64,000 nucleotides of DNA from Epithemia pelagica (lineage: Eukaryota > Protista > Bacillariophyta). Location of the stretch: assembly GCA_946965045.2 (NCBI GenBank), contig OX337242.1, positions 992,001-1,056,000 on the forward strand, read 5' to 3'. Both the position numbers and the translations under genes were made by a program. A model generated the notes under the pieces. It was given only the letters and a program-made list of their open reading frames with translations, did not search any database and was not told the origin of the DNA. Positions 47,101-55,976 of the stretch are shown piece after piece (within the stretch, counting starts at the first letter, position 1; every line of letters begins with the position of its first letter).

Positions 47101-49296
47101 GCTGGCATGATCAACAAAGATGCATCCTCCGCAAAGCATTTTCTCATCTTTTGTCTTTCCTTTCGACGTGAACAATCTACCTTTCGTGGAGCAAATAAAG
47201 TGGTCCACCGACACACTTTGGCCCGGAAACAGGTCGTTGTTTTTGAGGGCACCGTCACGGTCGAGAACTTTGGTGACTGTTTGTCCTGGTGTTGACCGTT
47301 GTCGTTGCTTGCCGTATTGACAGGCGGCACACATGTGCGGACTCCGTAGTTTGCAGATGGCTGTGTGCAACTGACGGTTTGACGCAGAACGCGACAATAC
47401 ACCGGATTTAAAAAGGAATTGGATGGTTCGAAAGTTCATGTGGCAAAGTCGTTGGTGCCATCGGATCCATTCTTTCTGTGGTTCCGTCAAGTTGAGATTT
47501 CGCTCATGAACGACGGTCACGGTGTTGACGAGTGCTCGGATCGACCGGTGGATCCCATCTTTGCCATATCCGTAGCAGGTGGGAAGGTTGTTGGACGGGT
47601 TGATGGTGGCAAAGACGGGGGATCGAGTAGAGTCGTCTTGTATCCCGCTGAGAGTCAATCCGCAGTCTTGAAGGGTGATGGTTTCTCCGGGGTATTGTTG
47701 GAGGAGATGTGTTGTGCTCAACAATCTACAATTGGCCGATGGGATGAACAAGGCCAAGAGTTTGAGGGTGCGGAGATTGCCTCTGGTGTCCATGACGGAC
47801 CAGTGGACGGTGCCGAGTCCGTTGATTGGGACGCCTTGGGCAACACCTTTGAGTTGCAGGTCTGGTCGTACTTTTCGGATCGATCCAACAAAATCGGACT
47901 TGGTGTTTGACACAGCAATTCTCGCTCCAGAGTCCCAGATGATGGGGAAACTGGATGAGTTTTGGTTTTCCATGGCGGATCTGAACTTGGCTGGAGCTTG
48001 GAGGGCCATTTTCAAGGCTTCACTTTCTCCGAGTTGGTTAATGAGGGCGCAAAGTTGAGGTTCGGAGATGGAGTCTTGATGGGATGGTCCATGGGTGTGC
48101 TGGTGGTTGCCTCGTCGTTGGCGTCGTCGGTGTCGATTGGAACGGTTTGGATGGCGTGCCCTCTGTGGAGCACCATTGTTTGGTGGACTCTCTCCCTCTG
48201 GTGTGGAGCAGAGATTGGGACATTGGTGGGCCCACCATGTACGAAAAGACGCAACAAACCAGTCGGCCAGAGATGAGCATGCTCGTGATGCAGCATGGCT
48301 CATCATGGGATGTGTCCAACGGCTCTGGCGGCGGCTGAGATGGTGATTCGATCGGGGAAGGAGGCGATGGGTCATGGCAAAATCGCCAATCCACGAGAGA
48401 GTCATCGGAATGCAGCAGCCGTAGTACCAGAGATGGTGGAGATGGACGGTCGGTTGGAGCCTTGGGAGGGACGCAGTGACGAGAGCCACAGATGAAACAA
48501 TCAAACTAAATTGGGAGGCCGAAGAGTCGTGATACCAATTTCGAGGAGGTTGTGTTCGGTTGGAGGGGGGACGCTTCGACGGTGGCGGTTTGTTTTTGTG
48601 ATTGGTTGGTTGGACACAGGCAAGGGTGGCATGAGGTTCGAACTTGAATCGTTTGTTCGGGGGTGTGTCTGGAATGCACGTGTTTTCACACTGCATTTGG
48701 GTGGCCGTGTAGTGGGGATTGGTGGCCATTTCCCAGGCAAAGATGTATTGGATGCTCAAGGGAGGGTCGAGGGCACCGAGCCTGGAGTTTGGGACGGATT
48801 CATCGTGGCGGAGAGTCTCGAGATGGAAACGGACGCTGGTGCGGGCTTGCTCAAGTTGGTCTCGGAGCGGAGAAAGCTGGGAGAAGTCTTCTTCCTTGTT
48901 GATGGCCGTGTGCACGTGGATGAGTCGTTCGACGGCTCGTTCCATGCATTTGATGCGGACCGCCGGATCGTTGGTGTCGAAGGTGCGACGGGGACGAGTC
49001 GTGTGAGACGGAGGTGAAGATAGCACAGCAATTGGCTCGACCGGCGAGTAGAGACCAAGGGCAGTCGTGCGAGGGGTAGTTGGCTCGGCTGGCGCTGCAA
49101 CGGCCGTTCTCCACGCGTCAGGGTGGCGGTTGAACGGAGTTGGAGGGCGGGCCGGCGGCGCACGTGGGGGAGTTTGGTCTTGGGGGGTACTGTTGTTGGC
49201 AGAGTCGGTGGTCACACTAATACTACTAATAACAGATACAGTAGATGAATCCAAATTTTCGGCCGGTGTAGAACCAGTGGCTTCGTTGGTGTCCAA
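44116..49296 (-). pseudogene. Copia pol (protease - integrase - RT - RNase H) with a single in-frame TGA at 46687-46689
   Basis: PR IIWDSGA; GAG-pre-integrase WHQRLCH; IN SVDHF, HTDNG, QNGVAERA; RT YKAR, LYGL, LWVDD; RH YVDADF, EDNNSA, RADYLTK. The ORFs join in frame as FSRMR*PQKRLHDLHVWGAPVYVL, where W is expected at the stop. Confidence 0.93.
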
Positions 49297-49652
49297 TACG
49301 AGCTTTTGATGTCGCTCAGGAGGAACCTTTTCAGACCAACTGTCAAATCCAGTCCTGCCGGCGCACCAGTTTCTCGGCTGGCGACCTTAAACAAATAGAA
49401 ACTACGACATACACAACCCCGGTTCACACTTAACGAAAAACTATCTTTTTCCTTAATCCATGTCCTGTTTCTATCCGGCACTCACAAACTTTTGGTCGCA
49501 AGCAATAGAAGACTGGAAACTCTCAGGAAACGACGCATTCGACTTCTATGTTTTATGAAGATATGTTGGGAACTTGGTCCTGAGAGATTTGGTCTTTTAT
49601 TCCTGGAGATATGAGCGTTCAAAGTAAGACAGTCGGTTTTCAGGTCTTATAT

Positions 49653-52541
49653 TTAACATGTAGGTTGTGTACAGTTTGGATCATAGTTGATGAAATAGTT
49701 TCGGGACGGGTCTGAGGATAGCGCGCGGGCCCGTTCGGTAACAAAAGCTCGTATTGCAGAAGCCAAAAGATCGTAGGATGAGTCGTCGTCATTCGAAGGT
49801 GGATTTGAAGATTCGGTTGGTTCCCCACTGTTGTTGCTGGTAACAGCAGCATCAGATGGAGTATCGGTGGTGGTCTGGGAGGTTGGTGCACCATTGGAGT
49901 CATCATCACGATCGGCATCGTAGTTTGGGTCGTGGTCGTCGTCTGGAGGAGGACCATGGGAGTCGTCATCGTCATCATTTCCATCGTCGTCGTCGTTGCC
50001 ATCAACATCGTCGTCATCTCCATCGACGTTGTTGTCATTGGCCGGAGGAAGGGAGATGATCATGGCCAAGGGAGAGGGGACGGGCAACGACACTTCGGTG
50101 GCGGTCGTGACGGCGGTTTCGTTGGCCGTGGTGGCCGTGGTGGAGCTGACACCGCTGTCGACGGTGTATTTGTCGAAGGAAGAGGAGGTATCATCATGAT
50201 GGTGGTCAGGGGGGACGACGTCTTCGGGGTCAATTGAGGCGATGTCTTCCCCTAGGAATGGAAAGTTGATGCATTCCAGGGGAAGACTGCCATAGTCGAA
50301 TTCTAAAGTCATGGCCGATGGATGGCCGAAGGGACGACTAAAGGGAACGAAGGGACGGTTGTACGACGCGGTGGGGTGCGGCATAGTGGGGATGTGACGG
50401 AAGGCAGCTTCGAAATTGGCTTCGCGTCGGTGGTCGGTCGACGTGGGGGTATGGTCCACGCGAGTGGGGACGGAGGTGACGGATGAATCGTTGGTGGTGT
50501 TTGTTTGGTGGGTACGACGGGGAGAACGGCCATGAGGAGCAGTGGACAGGGACAAAGTGGACATGTCGATGTCCAGGGCGTCAATGTTGCCTGGAGTTGG
50601 AGGTAGGAGGATGCTACGTGTGGAGGAGGCAACAGAGGTTTGTTCATGGTGTTCGTTGTCGTTCTTGTCTTCATCATTGGCGAAGGGTTTGCCATCGTCA
50701 CTGGAGTCATCATCAAGACCAAAGTAACAATCAACGGTGTCGGAGCCATCACCAAAACAATCATCAGCAGCAGCAATCCACAGGGGAGCGTCTTCACTTG
50801 GGGATGAGTTGGTGCTTGGAGGTTTGGAGGATGAAGAAAGGGAGACGGCGTCATCATCATCTTCTTTGTCGGTGGGAGAGAACTCGTCCCAGAAGGAGTC
50901 AGGGATGGTGTTGGAGGCGTCTTCGTCGTTGGTGGGAGGAGGAGACGCGGTCTCGTTTTCGTTGTCATCCTGGTCGCAACAATCAACACAGAGAAGCTTG
51001 TCCATGTCAATGACTGCGGCCCAGGCCGACGGGTCGAAGTCGACGGCCAGGGTGTGGGCTTGGGCTTGACTACGGTTGTTGCGATTGTTGTTGTTGTTGC
51101 GGCGCCTGTTTGGGGCAGGGCCATTGTGTGTGGCGGTGTTGTGGGTGGGCGTCCAGCGCTCGCAGATACCACACCAGTTGTAAGTTTTGCCATCGCTCTG
51201 TTTTTGGGTTGGTTGATCACCGGAGGGAGCGATTTTCTTCCAGTTGGTGTTGCTGCCATTGTTGTTGTTGTTGTTGCGAGCATTTCCTCCTCCTTGATTG
51301 CCTCGTGAGCCGCGGCCGCTACGGTTGGATCGTTGCTGGGAGTTGGATTGGGCGTTGGAGCGACGGTTGGAGTTTTGGCCGGAATTCTGCTTGGAGGAAC
51401 GCTGGGGACAATCTTTGGCCCAGTGATCTTGGGCGCCACAAATCAGGCAGGCCCCTTTTGTGAAAGCACCACCCATGTGCTGTCGGAGGGCCATTGCCTG
51501 GACTTCAGTTAGTTTGCCGAAGACTTCGGGAGGAACCTTTGTATCTTTGTTGTTGCTCGACGGTGGCCAGGAGCCACGGTTGATTGCATCAGAGTACAAG
51601 GAGTCGGCCTTTTTGCAGATGTCTTTGAATGACAATTCGGCGGCTTCGAGATCGGCTTGTTGGTCCTGGTCCGATTTGTAACGGACTTCAAGAATCTTGG
51701 CTTGGATGAGCGGTTGGAGACTCAACAATCCAAGGTTGTAGAGGCTGTCTCCATTCGCAAGAGAGAACGCTTCTAAGATGCCAAGGGTCAAGGTTTGTTT
51801 GTAAAATCCGGAGGCAAACAAGTCTTCGCAATCTGCTTTCATGTCAGCCGCCATTTCGGTGATGTTTTGGCCGGCGTACATGAATGGGGTCCTGGAGGCA
51901 ATCTTGGCGGCGAGTTGGTCATACTTGGTGACTGAATCAGACTGAAGAATGCTGATGAAAGTCATCCAGGTAAGGCAGAACGAGTCGTTGGAGGATGTCT
52001 TGGTTTCAATTCGATGGCGGAGCTTGAGGTCGACGGATTCCAAAAGGCACAGACGAGCAGTCGTGTCGTTTTCGGCGTCATATGTGTCAAACTGTTGGCA
52101 ATGGGCCGCTGCGTTCTGTTGGACATGGCGCAAGGTGAAGCGAGTGTGCTCCTTCACAATATGGCGCATGCGGGTGTTGTCAGCGGGGTCAAGCATGTAG
52201 GCAATGGTGTCCATGCCGCGGAGAATGAGTGTCTCGTCGAGACGCTTCATGAACTTGTGGAGGTTGTCTCCTTGGCGGAAACGATTCGACAATCCACCAC
52301 AGCGGGTTTCGAAACCCGTGATGTCCTTCCCGAAACGACGTTGGTGAGGGGTACGGGGAAAGGGGGTGGTTCCATTGAATGCGGCTGAATCCAGGCCGGA
52401 CCAATCCGCTAGGGGCTTGCCACCAGTCCAGGCAGCCCACTTATACTCATCGAGTTGGACTAAACCGCCCATTCGAGGGCTTGGAGGCTTGAACGGGACG
52501 CGTTCGGTTGGTGCAGGGGCTGGAGGAGCAGTGGGAGGCAT
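49653..52541 (-). CDS. Copia gag with a zinc knuckle and a long acidic low-complexity C-terminal extension
   Basis: 962-aa ORF; CLICGAQDHWAKDC (CX2CX4HX4C) followed by WCGICERWTPTH. Confidence 0.9.
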   Translation of the reverse strand: MPPTAPPAPAPTERVPFKPPSPRMGGLVQLDEYKWAAWTGGKPLADWSGLDSAAFNGTTPFPRTPHQRRFGKDITGFETRCGGLSNRFRQGDNLHKFMKRLDETLILRGMDTIAYMLDPADNTRMRHIVKEHTRFTLRHVQQNAAAHCQQFDTYDAENDTTARLCLLESVDLKLRHRIETKTSSNDSFCLTWMTFISILQSDSVTKYDQLAAKIASRTPFMYAGQNITEMAADMKADCEDLFASGFYKQTLTLGILEAFSLANGDSLYNLGLLSLQPLIQAKILEVRYKSDQDQQADLEAAELSFKDICKKADSLYSDAINRGSWPPSSNNKDTKVPPEVFGKLTEVQAMALRQHMGGAFTKGACLICGAQDHWAKDCPQRSSKQNSGQNSNRRSNAQSNSQQRSNRSGRGSRGNQGGGNARNNNNNNGSNTNWKKIAPSGDQPTQKQSDGKTYNWCGICERWTPTHNTATHNGPAPNRRRNNNNNRNNRSQAQAHTLAVDFDPSAWAAVIDMDKLLCVDCCDQDDNENETASPPPTNDEDASNTIPDSFWDEFSPTDKEDDDDAVSLSSSSKPPSTNSSPSEDAPLWIAAADDCFGDGSDTVDCYFGLDDDSSDDGKPFANDEDKNDNEHHEQTSVASSTRSILLPPTPGNIDALDIDMSTLSLSTAPHGRSPRRTHQTNTTNDSSVTSVPTRVDHTPTSTDHRREANFEAAFRHIPTMPHPTASYNRPFVPFSRPFGHPSAMTLEFDYGSLPLECINFPFLGEDIASIDPEDVVPPDHHHDDTSSSFDKYTVDSGVSSTTATTANETAVTTATEVSLPVPSPLAMIISLPPANDNNVDGDDDDVDGNDDDDGNDDDDDSHGPPPDDDHDPNYDADRDDDSNGAPTSQTTTDTPSDAAVTSNNSGEPTESSNPPSNDDDSSYDLLASAIRAFVTERARALSSDPSRNYFINYDPNCTQPTC

Positions 52542-52810
52542 GGTTCCTTGGGTGGAGGAGTCGTCGGTGCTTGGTGCAGCGGAGAGGTCGCTGGTGGGGT
52601 CGTTGTCACTGTCCGTGAGGAATTGGATTTCCTCTTCGATGGGGAGCAGTGAGAAGCTTCCTAGGGAGCGGGGAGAGTCGTCGTCACGTGGGGAGGACGA
52701 CAGCTTGCAAGGGAGGGGGCGGCCGGAGGGGAGATTCGGGCGGCGAGAGGGTTCGAACGGATAAGCAAGAGCTTAGAGGCAAAGGATGCGTGAGCGGGTA
52801 AGGCAGTAAA

Positions 52811-52823
52811 GGGCGTAATAACC
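52811..52823 (-). other. Primer-binding-site-like sequence GGTTATTACGCCC
   Basis: Directly abuts the 5' LTR, forming TGG with the last LTR base. It starts GGTTAT like the half-tRNA(iMet) PBS of Drosophila copia; the cognate tRNA is not established. Confidence 0.55.
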
Positions 52824-53202
52824 AGTCAAGTACACAGGATACTCTGTAGTAGCTAGGGGCAGTACCTATATTGGCGTGGAGGTGATCAAGTCTCCACGAC
52901 AATACACTAGAGAAGTTGTTTCACAACTTTCTGTTTGTTGATACTATAAGCTCTAGGTTTAGGAACTACTTTTGATTCCTCGTTTGATTCCTCATGAGGA
53001 ATCAATTCCTCGTTCATTCATGGATGTTAACTTGGAGCCATTGATGCCAATGGCTAGAGCTTGGTTACTATGCGAATGGGCAATGCCCACTCTGGTAGTA
53101 AGGCATTGCTCTTGGATACATAGTGGGGACACGATCCTATGTCCCACAGATTCGAATCGTGACTGGCATATCGCCTGTCCATCACATCGATTAACCGCGA
53201 CT
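52824..53202 (-). repeat. 5' LTR (379 bp)
   Basis: Near-identical to 43695-44074. Confidence 0.97.
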
Positions 53203-54650
53203 CTGACTGTAACTCTCGGGAAAGTCTCGCTATTGGCTCCTAAAAACGGACAACGGACAACGGACGGAACAACCGTTTGTGCTATCCGGAAGGGATCGGA
53301 CATCGGAGTCTTTTTAGAAAGCTCCTCACACAAAAAATTTCGCCCTAGAGTAGGCCACTAGAGTCTAGAGTACAGGTCATTTTTGTGCCAAGCACCAAGT
53401 ACTACCCTCTACGCTAGGTAGTCCATGATCAAATTTCTCTCGTGCCAAGCTAGCCGTTGACAGGGATACATAGAGTTCCAAGAAAGTTCCATCCCCCAAA
53501 TCCCAAACAAGAAGAGCTCGCTTGGGCGCGAACAGGCGCGAACCATTCACATAATCCCACGACTGAAGTCAATTCCACGAAATAGAAAAACTACAGAAAA
53601 AATCAATGTGAACCATAAAGTAGATGATTAAATCCTAGGTCTTCATATCTGTATATTATATATAAATTTCCCATATCGTTGCGGGAAAGACTCCCAATGG
53701 CAGTTGGCGCCATGATTTGAGTTCGACTTGGCTCTGTGATTGGAGGCCTCCAAGCATCGCCTGCGTGCATTGACCTTTCGTGACTTGTCCGAGCGCCGTT
53801 TTGAACACACTTCGCAACGGGGTGTCTGTCCGGCAGTCGAAGTTACTCCACAGTACGGGCATCTACGAGAATCAAACCGCCGTCCCGACTCTCACAAAAT
53901 TTGAGAGCAAGTACAAACCAAACCAGGTCGAACGCTGAACACAACACGCGAATGCTATTCATCTTCCCAGTTTACTGATTTGGATGCTTCGACGAAGCTG
54001 CGGAGGAATGGATATGATGAGTCAAGGGACAATTGTTGCTCCAACAACTGGGAATTTCACATTCAAACCAATTCAGGTAGGTGAAAGGTGCCATCAATTC
54101 TGCGTCGCGATCACAGATCAAACAGTCAATAGTCAATGTCGAGGGTTGTACAGATGACCGACAATTTTGGGATGACAGAGATGGCGAATTGATGTTTGCT
54201 CTCTAAGTTCAATTGCTACCAATGGTGATTAACCATTCGCTGTCATTGTGGTTTGGTTTATGGTTCTCCTATCTCATGTATCCTTAAATTTTGCCTAGGC
54301 ATGGGAAAGAGCAGCACCAGTTCAAACTTTCCAAAGAGTTACTAACAGCGGTGTTGAAGAGATAATGGAGTCATCGCCTTTTGGCTTGGAGGTGAGTTCT
54401 TCATTTGCCGCGCCCTGCCCGGATTTCATGTGACATGGTCGATTTCCTGATTCCTAAATTTTTCGACTTCTGTACACAAAAAATGAAACTGGTTGATTCT
54501 AATTACTGTACTGATTTACCTGGAATTTACCGCGTGCTTCCACAATTGTACACAAAATATCTCAATAACATCAATGACTCAACTGTCAATGCTCTTGTTC
54601 CAACGGCAAACGTTACCACAATTCAATGACAACAGGTAAACATTGATGAG

Positions 54651-55451
54651 GTGCTCAACTTGTCATCTACCGATCTTTATCAAGATATGGGAGAAAGACA
54701 AGAAGACTTTGTATCTCCCACAACATACAACCCCAATGCTCCATATCTTCCATATCGACGGTATCTTGTGGATTGGATGAGCGACGTCGGAGAACAGTTC
54801 AAGCTACATAGCACTACAATTCACGTGGGTGTTCTATACCTTGACAAAATATTCAGAACAGCCGAGATTCCTCGTAGCCAATGGCAGTTGCTTGCCACGG
54901 CCTGCTTGAGTGTTGCTGCGAAATATGAAGAGGCCGAGGAACACTGTCCACCAATTCCCGATCTCCTCCGTGTGACCAAGCTCTCGAATGCGGGCCACAC
55001 GTCTTTATCATTTAGAGAAGGTGAATTAGAGGTGCTACGGCATTTGGGCTGGCGGTTGAGAGCATTTCCAGCTCTCCACGTGACCAACTACTTTCTATGC
55101 AAAGGAGTCTGTTTCGAAGACGATACTTGGCAAGGAAGAGATCTCATTCATAAGATTCCGAGATATGTCAAGAAATATGCCGAGTTCTTCTGCAACCTTA
55201 CCCTACAAGATTATGCATTTCAGCAATACCTTCCCACGAAGCTGGCCGCCGCAGTAATCTTGGCCTCCAGAGTTGCTCTCCAACTGGAGCCGAGGTGGAG
55301 GCCAGAGCTGATACGGCTGACAGGATATGAGGAAGAGGAAATATCCGGGATGTTTCAACATGTGTGGGGCTACTATGAAGAACAGTTTCCCGGACACGGA
55401 TCGAGATCAATTTCACCACGGAGTGTCACTGACACAACAAACGGTTTTTAA
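54651..55451 (+). CDS. Cyclin (N- and C-terminal cyclin folds; A/B/J-like); true start uncertain
   Basis: YRRYLVDWMSDVGEQFKLHSTTIHVGVLYLDKI, QLLATACLSVAAKYEE, ELEVLRHLGWRL, FQQYLPTKLAAAVILASR. Confidence 0.9.
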   Translation: MLNLSSTDLYQDMGERQEDFVSPTTYNPNAPYLPYRRYLVDWMSDVGEQFKLHSTTIHVGVLYLDKIFRTAEIPRSQWQLLATACLSVAAKYEEAEEHCPPIPDLLRVTKLSNAGHTSLSFREGELEVLRHLGWRLRAFPALHVTNYFLCKGVCFEDDTWQGRDLIHKIPRYVKKYAEFFCNLTLQDYAFQQYLPTKLAAAVILASRVALQLEPRWRPELIRLTGYEEEEISGMFQHVWGYYEEQFPGHGSRSISPRSVTDTTNGF

Positions 55452-55976
55452 CTTGTACTATATGTATAGTGTCGAAAGGCACTTGTTCTTTTACTACCAA
55501 CCGTTCTGCTACTCATGGTCGCCATGAAATGAATATTTCGAGTGTGATGTTCTGCATGGAAACGCATTTGCTCTGTTGCGTTCCTTTCTTCTTGCATGGT
55601 AGCAACTCACAGAACATAAAGCAATCAATAGACTTTTATTCAATTCTCTTGTAACAATCAGTCATCCCCTCCCGCCAAAGTTATAGCCATGATGTAGATT
55701 GAAGACAACGCAATTTTGGACTCAAGAGCACAAGAGTACAGCTTTGCAGCAATAGGAAACAGAACAACTAACAACTCAGTAGATAACGTCAAGAGTCAAG
55801 GTTTGTCAGTGACGTGATCACAAACAGATTCACCTATTCCTCACAAATACTAAACTTTTGAAACAAGTGAGGAACTAACATAGCTGACACTGTTATCTTA
55901 TCAATAAACTTCGATCCAGTAACGAATCATTTAAACAAAGCGTCCGTTTCATTCTCATTCTATTCCCTCCTTAGAT

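Larger units (their letters stand above)
43695..53202 (-). mobile_element. Full-length Ty1/copia LTR retrotransposon (diatom CoDi-like), 9508 bp
   Basis: Two LTRs, a 5-bp TSD CTGAC (43690-94 and 53203-07), PBS-like site, PPT, and gag plus PR-IN-RT-RH in copia order. Confidence 0.97.

Noticed and set aside
30054-49296. Alternative genetic code explaining the in-frame stops
   Set aside because: All three stop types occur, frameshifts accompany them, and host genes terminate normally and lack internal stops.
44749-51439. Long antisense or alternate-frame ORFs (44749-45555, 50309-51439; likewise 1965-2930)
   Set aside because: These are shadow frames of real coding regions with biased composition and no domain signatures.
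54404-54411. E2F-like site TTTGCCGC upstream of the cyclin
   Set aside because: A single degenerate 8-mer is expected by chance several times in 64 kb.
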